Below, piece after piece: positions 9,413-19,400 of a stretch of 64,000 nucleotides of DNA. This stretch comes from a virus. The stretch is taken from the IMG/VR virus record IMGVR_UViG_3300044981_000029, positions 6,195-70,194 of that record. One strand, 5' to 3'. Under the pieces are notes generated by a model, which saw nothing but the letters and a program-made list of their open reading frames with translations, was not told the DNA's origin and ran no database searches. Positions within the stretch are counted from its first letter, which is position 1. Each line of letters opens with the position of its first letter. Made by a program: the position numbers and the translations under genes.

Positions 9413-11470
9413 ATGCCATTCGGCGCCGTAACACTCATTCCAGGCGTTGATGTCGAGAAGACTCCAACCCTCAATCAGGCTGGATACTCGGCATCGCAGC
9501 TCATCCGCTGGCGGGACGGACTCGCTCAGAAATACGGAGGTTGGACCGCTTTCTATCCGCTGGCAGTCGGCGGCGTTCCGCGCGATCTCCACGCATGGGA
9601 AGATCTCAACACAGTCAATCACCTGTCGGTTGGAACCACAACGCAACTTTCGGTCATCACGAACGGCTCTCTGCAGAACATCACGCCGCAAACACTGATA
9701 TCGAACTTTGCTCCAAACTTTTCTACCGTGAGCACTACTCCGACCGTCACAATCATTGATCCTAACATATCTAACGTAACCACATTCGATAGCGTGTTTT
9801 TCGACACTCCCATCTCGGTCGGCGGGATAATCCTATCGGGGCTGTATCCGATCATTCTGATTATCGGCACACACAGTTATGAGATTACAGCGGCGACGAA
9901 TGCGACAAGCACGGTAAACAATGCCGGTGCGGTGCCTGCATTTACCACGGCTCTCGGCAGTTCTGTGGTATCGGTCGCACTGACCGCCAACGGCATGACG
10001 AATGTCGCTCCCGACAACACCATAGTTTTCCCGATCGCGACAACAAGTAATGGCGTCACCATCATTGGCAGCTATCAGGCCGCAACGATTACGGATGCCA
10101 ACGATTTTACGATCCAAACAAACACCACTGCTACCGGTAACGGCTCATTCTCCATGAACGGAGGCAATGCCCAACTGGTCTATTACATCACGCAAGGACC
10201 GGCTGCTATCGGCATCGGTTACGGCCTCGGTGCTTACGGCGCGGGCGGATACGGCACCGGCATTGTTCCGCCAACTCAGACCGGAACGCCGATCACTGCT
10301 ACGGATTGGACCAGCGATAACTGGGGCGAGATTCTTCTTGCCTGCCCTGAGAATGGCGGCATCTATTTTTGGGATCCGACCGGTGGGTTTTCGAACGCTC
10401 AGCTCGTCAGTTCGGCTCCCATATTCAACTCTGGCATGTTCGTATCGACGACACAGCAAATCCTGATCACCTACGGATCGACGCTTGCAGAACAGATCGG
10501 CGTTGAGCAAGATCCAATGCTCGTGCAGTGGTCGGACAGTGGTAACTTCTTCAACTTCAATCCCACGTCTGGCGATCTGGCTGGAAACTATGTGATCCCG
10601 ATTGGTAGCAAGATCATCGCAGGGATCGCCGTCTCAAACCAGAACTTCATATGGACCGATCTTGATCTTTGGATCATGAATTTCATTGGGTATCCCGACA
10701 CATTCGGATTCAATAAGATCGGTGCAGGCGCTGGTGCCGGGTCGAAGCACTCGATCATGCAGCTCCGCGGCAATGTGTATTGGATGGGTATTTCTAACTT
10801 CTACAGCTACACCAGCGGCGGCGTTGCGGTCATTCCGTGCCCAGTGTGGGACATCGTGTTCCAGAACCTCAACACGACATTTGCGCACAACATCCGCGCG
10901 ATGCCAAACACACCGTTCAATGAGGCCGGTTGGTTTTACCCGAGCAACGCCAGTGCATCGGGCGAAAACGACTCTTACGTTAAGTTCAACATCGTCGAGC
11001 CCGGCAATCCATGGGATTACGGACCTATTGGAGCTTTAGCCCGCTCGGCCTGGATCGACCAGAGCGTATTCGGACCCCCGATCGGGGCGTCTCCGGGTGG
11101 GGTTCTGTATCTCCACGAAACCACGCCGGATGCCGCTGGGCAGCCGATGGTGGCAAGCTTCACGACCGGCTATTTTGTTCTTTCCGATGGCGAGACATTC
11201 TCGTTTGTGGATCAGATCATACCCGACATGACTTGGACGACCTCGGGCGGCGCCGGAAGTGCCCAAATCCAACTGACGTTCTTGACGATCAACTTCCCCG
11301 GGGATACGCCTATAGCCTACGGGCCGTACACGGTTAATTCTCAAACCGAATACATTTCGGTGCGGTTTCGCGCTAGACAGGTTGCGGTGCAACTGCTCAG
11401 TTCTGACCTCGGTAGCTTCTGGCGTCTTGGCAAGATCAGGTTTCGCGTCGCACCATCAGGAAGGCGATAA
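9413..11470 (+). CDS. Tail nozzle / packaged-DNA stabilization protein (P22 gp10 / tubular B-like)
   Basis: 685 aa beta-propeller-like sequence. PGV, DPMLVQWSD, R.AW.D and C-terminal RFRARQ...WRLG..RF...PSGRR patterns. Confidence 0.75.
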   Translation: MPFGAVTLIPGVDVEKTPTLNQAGYSASQLIRWRDGLAQKYGGWTAFYPLAVGGVPRDLHAWEDLNTVNHLSVGTTTQLSVITNGSLQNITPQTLISNFAPNFSTVSTTPTVTIIDPNISNVTTFDSVFFDTPISVGGIILSGLYPIILIIGTHSYEITAATNATSTVNNAGAVPAFTTALGSSVVSVALTANGMTNVAPDNTIVFPIATTSNGVTIIGSYQAATITDANDFTIQTNTTATGNGSFSMNGGNAQLVYYITQGPAAIGIGYGLGAYGAGGYGTGIVPPTQTGTPITATDWTSDNWGEILLACPENGGIYFWDPTGGFSNAQLVSSAPIFNSGMFVSTTQQILITYGSTLAEQIGVEQDPMLVQWSDSGNFFNFNPTSGDLAGNYVIPIGSKIIAGIAVSNQNFIWTDLDLWIMNFIGYPDTFGFNKIGAGAGAGSKHSIMQLRGNVYWMGISNFYSYTSGGVAVIPCPVWDIVFQNLNTTFAHNIRAMPNTPFNEAGWFYPSNASASGENDSYVKFNIVEPGNPWDYGPIGALARSAWIDQSVFGPPIGASPGGVLYLHETTPDAAGQPMVASFTTGYFVLSDGETFSFVDQIIPDMTWTTSGGAGSAQIQLTFLTINFPGDTPIAYGPYTVNSQTEYISVRFRARQVAVQLLSSDLGSFWRLGKIRFRVAPSGRR

Positions 11471-11691
11471 TGGCCACACTCGATGACGTCAATTCAAACC
11501 TGCTCAGCTTGGTCAACAACGTTGGGCAGGTGCTCAAGGCGATCCAGCAGACGTTCCCTGGTCAGTTCGTCGCGATTCCTGCTACGTCATCCAGCGCGGG
11601 TATCCCGGGGCAGTTTTCGTACAACGCGAGTTTTCTGTATCTGTGTGTGGCGCCATCCAGTTGGCGCCGCATTGCGCTCTCGACGTTCTGA
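11470..11691 (+). CDS. Small hypothetical tail protein
   Basis: TAATG coupling. P..SS..G.PGQ..Y...FLY.CVA...W.RIAL..F is a fibre-tip-like motif. Confidence 0.65.
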   Translation: MATLDDVNSNLLSLVNNVGQVLKAIQQTFPGQFVAIPATSSSAGIPGQFSYNASFLYLCVAPSSWRRIALSTF

Positions 11692-11699
11692 GGTGCCTC

Positions 11700-11936
11700 A
11701 TGAATGATGACGAGCTAGCCAAATATATGAGCGTATCTGCGGCTCAGGTGAGGCGCTGGTCTCTGGAATATCGCTCTATGGTCGAGAGAAATGCTGAAGG
11801 AGAAGCCCCAAGCTACGGCTTTTCAAACGCTTCGGAATGGATCGCTCATTATGGCCCTCCACATTTCGGACTACCACCCGGAGAGCATGAGAAGTGGCGA
11901 ATCCTATTTCATTCGAGTAGCGATCCATGCCGCTGA
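11700..11936 (+). CDS. Hypothetical protein
   Basis: GAGGT RBS before ATG 11700; fills the gap in the operon. Confidence 0.5.
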   Translation: MNDDELAKYMSVSAAQVRRWSLEYRSMVERNAEGEAPSYGFSNASEWIAHYGPPHFGLPPGEHEKWRILFHSSSDPCR

Positions 11937-12454
11937 TCAAATCCGCCAGTAGGGAGGCCATCGGAGAGAACATCAAGGAGATGCAAGCGTCAGGCCATCC
12001 GCATGATCAGGCGGTAGCCGCCGCGCTCGAAACCTCCCGCAAGGCCAAGAGACGCAAGGACGGCGGTCGCGTGCACGTCGGGCCGATCATAGGCGACACG
12101 GGCGGACGGGCGGACAAACGACCCATGCACGTCCCTGACGGTGCGTACATCCTGACTGCCGATCACTGCTCAGCCATGGGCGAAGGCAACACGCTGGCAG
12201 GCTTCAAAGCACTGGCGAAGATGTTCCCCAAAAGTGCGGCCGCGCACGAAAAGGACGAGCCGGCCAAGCGCGCGGCCGGCGGCAAGGTGCCGATTTACGC
12301 TGCTGATGGCGAGTTCGCCATCCATCCTGACGACATCAAGGACCGCTGGGGTGATCTGGACAAAGGGCACCGAATATTGGACCATTGGCAGACCTCGGAG
12401 CGCCAGAACCATATCCATACGCTCAAAAATCTTGATCCTCCAGCACAGGACTAA
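11927..12454 (+). CDS. Putative internal virion protein with two GG motifs and a duplicated P..V.DG[AE][YF] module
   Basis: MPL.KS.S..AI.ENI.EM...G.P..QAVA.AL N-terminus; RKDGGRV...GGRAD..P..VPDGAY; RAAGGKVPIYAADGEF. Confidence 0.75.
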   Translation: MPLIKSASREAIGENIKEMQASGHPHDQAVAAALETSRKAKRRKDGGRVHVGPIIGDTGGRADKRPMHVPDGAYILTADHCSAMGEGNTLAGFKALAKMFPKSAAAHEKDEPAKRAAGGKVPIYAADGEFAIHPDDIKDRWGDLDKGHRILDHWQTSERQNHIHTLKNLDPPAQD

Positions 12455-12458
12455 TTCC

Positions 12459-12698
12459 ATGGCCGACGTTCCCGTGACTTTCGTCAATTCCGTGTTGGTT
12501 TCAGGCTTCCTTAATGGCATCGTCAACCTCAGCTTTTCGACGGCGCAGTTCATCCCAGACGGCGACGGCAAGGTTAAGCCTGCGGAGATCCTGACGGCCA
12601 ACCTCCGCATGGACCTGTACTGCGCGCAGCAGATCCACGATTCGCTGGCGAACATCTTGGAGCAGCAGACGAAACCAGCGGCGAAGGATGTGAACTGA
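12459..12698 (+). CDS. Hypothetical protein
   Basis: ATG 12459, 79 aa, coupled to the downstream GNAT gene. Confidence 0.55.
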   Translation: MADVPVTFVNSVLVSGFLNGIVNLSFSTAQFIPDGDGKVKPAEILTANLRMDLYCAQQIHDSLANILEQQTKPAAKDVN

Positions 12699-13171
12699 TG
12701 CTAATCACGTCCCCAGTCCGCAAGGCAGTTTTGGCCGATCGGGCTGAGATCCTGGAAATGTGCCGGGAGAATTGGGCCGACAATGGCCAGTTCACGCTCT
12801 CGCCAGCCAAGGTTGAGGCGATGGTGGACAAGGCATTCAACCGCGGCGGAACCATCATCGGGCTGGTCGGAAACGGGCGAATAGAGGGTATGATCCTGCT
12901 GAATATCGGTCAATTTTGGTACACGGAGGATTATTGCCTGGAAGAAATCCAGAATTTCGTGCGTCCCGCGTACCGCAAGACGACCCACGCCAAGGACATG
13001 ATTAACTTCGGGAAACGCTGTTCCGACGAATTGGGTATACCGCTGGTGATCGGCGTGGTATCGAATGAGCGGACCAGAGCAAAAATGGAACTCTATCGGC
13101 GCCAATTGGGCGAGCCCTGTGGCGGCTATTTTCTTCATCGCCCTGCAGGCGCAGCGGCATTGACAGCATAG
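12698..13171 (+). CDS. GNAT-family acyltransferase-like protein
   Basis: VRKA...D...I.EM, EE...FV.P.YRK motif A-like segment, LYRR.LG; directly precedes the ejection-type gene. Confidence 0.75.
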   Translation: MLITSPVRKAVLADRAEILEMCRENWADNGQFTLSPAKVEAMVDKAFNRGGTIIGLVGNGRIEGMILLNIGQFWYTEDYCLEEIQNFVRPAYRKTTHAKDMINFGKRCSDELGIPLVIGVVSNERTRAKMELYRRQLGEPCGGYFLHRPAGAAALTA

Positions 13172-13195
13172 CGCGCCGCTATGTGAAAATGAGCG

Positions 13196-16100
13196 TTGGG
13201 AAAAGGCAGCCAAACTACAACAAATTCATCAACGTCCTCGGCTGCCCCGGGCGCTACTGCAGCCTATAATAACGTCCTAGACCAAGCCCAGAACGTCGCC
13301 GCGACCCCCTATCAAGCGTACACAGGCGAGCTTACCGCCCCGGTAAACGCTGAGCAGCAGCAGGGCATATCGGGCATCAACGCGGCGGCTGGACAGGCGC
13401 AGCCGGCCATAAATCAAGCCGAAGGCATCGCTGGAGCGGCGGCGAATCCGCTCACTGCTGGCCAGATCCAGCAATATCAGAACCCATATACGCAAGACGT
13501 TGTCAACGCGACCGAGGCGCAGTTCAACAACCAAAATCAGCAGCAGCAAGCCGCGCTGACCGGGAACAACATTGCTCAAGGCGCGCTCGGGGGAAACCGG
13601 GTTGGCGTGGCACAAGCGAACCTTGCTGGCCAGCAGGCAGCGTCCGAAAACCCGACGATCGCGGGTCTGTATCAGCAGTCGTATAATACCGGCTTGAGCA
13701 CGGCTGAAAACCAGTTTCAGACCAATCCGCTGGCGGCGGCGGGGTCAATCGCCAATTTCGGGGTTGCTGGCCAAAATGCCGCCCTGACCGGGGCCGGGGC
13801 TCAGCTCGGAGCCGGTACAGTCGAGCAGCAGACGCAGCAGGCGGCCGATACGGCGAACTACGGGCAATATGCCCAAGCACAGGCATATCCGTTCCAGAGC
13901 ACACAATGGCTCGCTGGGATCGATACCGGCGTGGCGCCGGGGCTCGGCAGCACATCCACGGGCCAAACCACCGGACCGGCGCCGAATCAAACCGCGCAGT
14001 ATCTCGGCGCCGGGGTATCCGCCGCCGGCCTAGCGCTGTCTGATCGCCGGTTGAAGCAGGATGTCCACAAGATCGGCGCCATGCACGATGGGCAGCCGCT
14101 GTATCGCTACCGGTACAAGGGTGATTCGGAATGGCATATCGGCCCGATGGCGCAAGATGTGGAGCGCGACAAGCCGGACGCCGTGCACCATGGCCTCGGC
14201 GGCGTCAAATATGTGGATCTCGAGAGCGCCACCGATGATTCGATCAGCAAGGCCAGCGGCGGCGGTGTCGCTGGATACGCGGTAGGCGGCTCGCCGTGGT
14301 CGTTTGCCAATGGATGGGTTCCGACTGTCAGCGGCCTTGGCCACGCAGCGCCACCGAGCGCCAGCGCACCGGGGGCGCAGAATCCGCAGACCCCCAATAT
14401 CGATTGGTCGAAGCTTGGAACCACGGCTTCGCAAGCGGCCAATAATCCAGGGCTCAGCCAGTTCAACTCCAGCAATCCTTTCCTGATCTCTGGAGCGGCG
14501 AATCCATTCAGCGTATCGCCGGCATCTAATACCGATGCAATAAACGGTTCCATGAGCATATTGGACAGTGGATCCGGAGGCGCGTCATACGGTCCAGGCT
14601 TCGCGCGCGGCGGCGTGGCTGGATATGCCGATGGCGGCAGTCCTGCCGATGACGACCCTACGTTTGATCAGAGGTTTTATGGAGTGCCGGGCAATTCGGT
14701 AGCACCTTCGATCGTGCCGTCTGCCACTCCTGATCAGGGCGTATCGGGTGCGGTCATCAACCCTGACCAGCCGTACCGGATGCCGGATGACGCATCGGTG
14801 CAGGCTTGGCGCGACAACAATCCGTTGCCACCAACTGGGACACCTCCGCCGGCTCCGACCTCCGCCGACGATATGTCGCTGCCGCCGCAGATCACCGGAA
14901 GACCCGCGCCGGTTGGTGTGGCCGCAACGGCATCTGGAGACGATGACGACGAGTCGCCCGCGCTTGGCTATGCGCCCTCAAGCGGCGTCGCTGCAGCGAG
15001 TCCGCCCCAGGTTGTGCCAACCGACACCACGGCTACCACCGACGCGCCCACCCAAAACAAGGGCCTCGGCATTGGCCTTGGCCTGATATCGCCGAATGCC
15101 CAGACTGGCCTGCTCGCGGCCGGGCTCGGCATGTTGGCGTCTCGTTCTTCCAATCTAGGCAACGCGATCGGAGAAGGCGGTATTGCTGGCCTGACCGCAT
15201 ATGGAGCGGCTCAGAAGCATGACGAGGACATTGCACAGCAAGCCGCGAAACTGTCCAAGGAAGCCAAGGACCACGCCGACGAAATGCGGCAGAAGCAGGA
15301 GACAATCAACGAGACGGCTCGGCACAACAAGGCCGTGGAAGACAAGGGATACGAGCCGAAGATCGAAAAGAATGTGGACCCTGATACTGGAGCCACAACC
15401 TATCTTACGTTTGATCCGAACACGCAAAAGCTCACGCCGGTCAAAATACCCGGGTCTGATCTTGTCTCTGGAGCGAACAAGAAATTCGTGAGCGACGCTC
15501 CGCCGATCGATGAACGACGCAAGGCACCGCAAGCGAGTCCCGAGGCGCGAGATGAAAGCTATTACAAGTGGCTTCAAGACAATCGTTCGCCAGGTTATGC
15601 AGACATCGTGCGCGGCGTAGCGGACTACGAGATCGATCCGAACCGAGAAGCCAGCCTGCAAAAGGGAGCGCGCGATCGGCTGTACCGTGATGTTAAGCAG
15701 TACGATCCGACCTATGATCAGACGCACTTTGCAGAGAAGACAGGCGTTATTCAGAACTTTAGCAAGGGTGTTGCCGGTCAGGCTGTCAACTCGCTCAACG
15801 TTTCGGTTGCGCATCTCGGCACGCTGGCAAATCTCGGTGACGCGCTTCAAAACGGTAACCTTCCGCTGATCAACAAACTGAGCAATGCGGTTTCGGTATG
15901 GACCGGAAAGGCTCCGGTCACGAACTTCGAAGCGGCAAAGGAAATTGTCGGTGACGAAGTGGTCAAGGCCGTGGTCGGCGGTGTGAACAGCCAGGCCGAT
16001 CGTGAGGCCATCAAGCATCTGATCTTGGCGCAGCAAACTCCAGCACAGTTGAAAGGCGTCATCCAGACGTTCACCACGTTGCTCGGTGGCCAACTCGACG

Positions 16101-16387
16101 GACAGCGCCAACGCTATCAGGCCGGTACGGGCTTGAACAATTTCGATCAGAAGTACTTGGCACCAGCAACGCGCGAGGCTCTTGCCCACAGCTCAGGTTC
16201 GGTTGATCCGTCGATTTCCAAGATGGTCTACCCGAGCGGCATCCCTGTACAGCCAGGCAACGCAGCAACCACAGCGCCGCCAGCAACCACCACCCCCATT
16301 CCGCCGCCTGATCAGCGCGTCGTCGGGCAGACCTATCAGACACCGAAAGGTCCAGCGAAGTGGACCGCCCAAGGGTGGGTCCAGTGA
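13196..16387 (+). CDS. Large DNA ejection/pilot-type internal protein with embedded S74-like domain
   Basis: MGKGSQTTT N-terminus; Gln/Ala-rich helical region with YQNPYTQDVV and GALGGNR; SDRRLKQD...GPMAQDVE...PDAV domain; four GG motifs; C-terminal G.TY.TPKG..KW...GW. Confidence 0.8.
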   Translation: MGKGSQTTTNSSTSSAAPGATAAYNNVLDQAQNVAATPYQAYTGELTAPVNAEQQQGISGINAAAGQAQPAINQAEGIAGAAANPLTAGQIQQYQNPYTQDVVNATEAQFNNQNQQQQAALTGNNIAQGALGGNRVGVAQANLAGQQAASENPTIAGLYQQSYNTGLSTAENQFQTNPLAAAGSIANFGVAGQNAALTGAGAQLGAGTVEQQTQQAADTANYGQYAQAQAYPFQSTQWLAGIDTGVAPGLGSTSTGQTTGPAPNQTAQYLGAGVSAAGLALSDRRLKQDVHKIGAMHDGQPLYRYRYKGDSEWHIGPMAQDVERDKPDAVHHGLGGVKYVDLESATDDSISKASGGGVAGYAVGGSPWSFANGWVPTVSGLGHAAPPSASAPGAQNPQTPNIDWSKLGTTASQAANNPGLSQFNSSNPFLISGAANPFSVSPASNTDAINGSMSILDSGSGGASYGPGFARGGVAGYADGGSPADDDPTFDQRFYGVPGNSVAPSIVPSATPDQGVSGAVINPDQPYRMPDDASVQAWRDNNPLPPTGTPPPAPTSADDMSLPPQITGRPAPVGVAATASGDDDDESPALGYAPSSGVAAASPPQVVPTDTTATTDAPTQNKGLGIGLGLISPNAQTGLLAAGLGMLASRSSNLGNAIGEGGIAGLTAYGAAQKHDEDIAQQAAKLSKEAKDHADEMRQKQETINETARHNKAVEDKGYEPKIEKNVDPDTGATTYLTFDPNTQKLTPVKIPGSDLVSGANKKFVSDAPPIDERRKAPQASPEARDESYYKWLQDNRSPGYADIVRGVADYEIDPNREASLQKGARDRLYRDVKQYDPTYDQTHFAEKTGVIQNFSKGVAGQAVNSLNVSVAHLGTLANLGDALQNGNLPLINKLSNAVSVWTGKAPVTNFEAAKEIVGDEVVKAVVGGVNSQADREAIKHLILAQQTPAQLKGVIQTFTTLLGGQLDGQRQRYQAGTGLNNFDQKYLAPATREALAHSSGSVDPSISKMVYPSGIPVQPGNAATTAPPATTTPIPPPDQRVVGQTYQTPKGPAKWTAQGWVQ

Positions 16388-16404
16388 GACGCAATGTTCA
16401 CGAA

Positions 16405-19400
16405 ATGGCGGATAGGTTCAAGCGGCTGATCGCGTATGATCCGTTGGCGGGACTGCGCAAGAAAAAGCGGGCTGATGGTGGGCCGGTAAGATTCTCCAAT
16501 TTCAGGAGGTCAAAAGATATCGAAGACCGTCGCGACGAAGATCCTGCGACGGTTCAGCCCACAAAACCCGGGCCGATAGAGCCTTGGCTGAGCCAGCAAA
16601 CGGCTGCGACCGCACACGCTGGAAAGATGGCACGAAGTCTCGGAGTTGACGATATTCCACAGGCTGCGCAAGACATTCACAGCAGTTTTTTGGAGCGCAA
16701 TTCTGCCGCTGATCAAAATCGCCGTGCTGGCGGTCGCGTCCACAAAGCAGGCGGCGGCGCCATGAGCGATGAGGACATGGGGATTGCTCCTGCAGCGCCT
16801 GCGGTCATGTCCGACGCTGACATGGGCATCGGTGCCGCGCCAACATCGGGCGGTATCGCATCGTATCTGCCGAAGGCGATCACGGATATTCCGCACGAAG
16901 CATATCAAGCCACGGCCGATCAGGTCAAAAACATCGGCAATGCGTGGACTGATATGCGTTCCCGACATGCCGCACAAGCCGAAAAGGATAAGAGCGCGTC
17001 AGGCTCGTTCTTCGATCCTGGCGCCATGCTCGGCTCGCTCAAGGACGTTGCCGACACTGGAAAGGCGGTTGTCAGCGCTGCTGCGGTGCCGTTCGCACCA
17101 ATCGAGGGTTCTGCGAAATCTGCTGTTGGTCATCCGATGGCTGACGCGGAACATATTATCGGAACAATCATCAATCCGAAGGTTGCCGCTCAAGATAATC
17201 CAGATTTGATGTACGAAAATGCTAAAAAAGATGTAAGCACTGCACTATCGGCGGCGCGTCCTAAGGGCATGGCCATGTCAAAGGCGCCGGGAGATTGGTT
17301 TCCAAAAATAACGCCACAGCCTCCTGAAACTCATATGTACATCAGGGGTCACGACCTCGGTGCCATGCAGGGTCGGGCACCGACTGCTGGACCATATGAG
17401 ATCCCAGCCGATGCGCCATCCTATCAGCACTCCAGCCAAATTCCTCCGCCTCCTGAGCCTGCCGCTGCAGCAAATACCGCTGCTGCTGGTGAGTTCGGCA
17501 TTGATCTGTCACGCGGTCAGGCAACCGGCGATTTGGACACGATCCGATACGAGGACATGGCGGCGCGTGGCGCCTATGGACCCGACGCGCAAAAGAAGGC
17601 ATCGGATTTTTTCAACAAGCAGTTTCAGGATACGCAATCGGCTGGGCGAACAGTTGGCCAGCAGACGGCAGGCGCGGCACCAATCGTTGATAGTCCATCC
17701 GAGGCAGCGTCTGCCGTGGGCTCCGAGGTATCCGACCGCGCTGCGCAGGCCCGCTCGCTCCAAGCGCAGACCGAACAGCATGCCGCAACCGAGGCCGAAT
17801 CGCAGCGCGGCATTCTGTCGGATCAGAACCGGGCGCTGAACGAGGCTATTCAGGGCGGTGCGCTGCCGGTTGAGGGACCGCGCGAAGCTGGAGAGGTCGT
17901 TGGGCAAAACGTCCGGCAAGCGGCGGCGGCAAGCAAGGCTGATTTCCAGGCAAAGTACAAGGAATTTGGCTCGCTTCCCGGCGAGTTCGATGTCAGCGCC
18001 GTACAGGGCATGGGAAACCGCGTCAAAAATGAACTGACATTCGGCGATAATCCCGTGATCGTGGATGAAGGAACGCCTGCGGCTTCCCGCGCCATCCAAG
18101 CGCTTGATGAAATGTCGCAGCCCAAGATCACCAATTTGGCTGACCCCCGCGCGCCACCATCGCCCGCTGACATTACCGCTGTAAGTCTCAAGGGCGTCGA
18201 TCAGATGCGCAAGAGACTCGTGGGCTACTACCAGCAGGCAAAGTCCAGCGGCAACGCGTCTGACGTTCGCGCCACGCGAGCCGTTATGAATGGGTTCGAC
18301 GGGCAAATCGAACGTGCTATCACTGAGGGCCTGTTCTCTGGAGATCCGCGAGCGTTGCAGGCTCTGCAGGAGGCCCGCGCCTCGTATTCGCGCTATCAGC
18401 GCACGTTCTCTCCGCAGGGTGCCGGCGATGACGTAGGTACGGCCATGCGGCGTATCGTGGACCGCAACGCCACGCCGGAGGAAACGGCAAACATGATCAT
18501 CGGATCGGGCAAGATCGGTAGCGCTGGTTTACCGGTTCGGATAGCCGATCGCCTTGAGCAGGTATTGGGCGCCGATTCGGATAGCTGGAGCGCGATTCGG
18601 CAAGCCATGTGGCAAAAGGCGTCTCAGGCGCGCAATTCGGCTGGCGCGATTGATCCCGCGCGATCGGCCGCAAGCATTAACGATTTTACCGGCAGTACGC
18701 TGGCACAGCGCATGTTCACTGGTCAGGAACGAGCGGCGATGCGCGCCCACGCCCAAGGCATCCAAGACCTCGACCGGAATATCGAGCAATTGCCAGCCAC
18801 ACAGACCGCCGCTCGGACGCGGCAGGCCTATCAGGACACGTTCGGCGGCGCCGACCTTGGCGCGGCGCCTCGGGCAGCGTTTCAGCGCATGGTCGAGGGC
18901 ACGGCCACGCCAGAGGAGATCGCAAACGGAGTTTTCAAGGTCATCGGCGCTGGCAATCCTGGCCATGTGGCGCGCACCCTGCAGGCCATTGAACGGATCG
19001 TGGGGCCGAACAGCGAGGCCATGGGGGCGGTGCGGCAGGGCGTTTGGCAGAAACTGACCCAAGCGGCGGAAGGCAAGGACCAGCCTGGCGCCCAAAAGGC
19101 CATGCAGGCAATCAACGAGTTCCTGCACGGGTCCGGCAAGACCATTGCCGAGCAGCTTTATTCGCCGCAGGAATTGGCCCTGATGGATCGGTATCAGAAG
19201 GCGCTGAAACTGACCATCATTCCGAAGTATGCGCGCACCAATTCGGACACGGCGCCGGCTCTGTTGGCTGCGGTGCGAAAGTACGCCGGCATGATCGGAT
19301 CTGCACTGGGTGTCGTAGGCCTCGGAGGTGCTGAGGGCGGCCTTTCTGGCTATGCCGTTTCAAAGCTGCTGGACAAGGGCGGCGAGAAACTGCTTGCCGC

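Noticed and set aside
13160-13190. TTGACA promoter before the ejection gene
   Set aside because: No acceptable -10 at 16-18 bp spacing; only the palindrome is retained.
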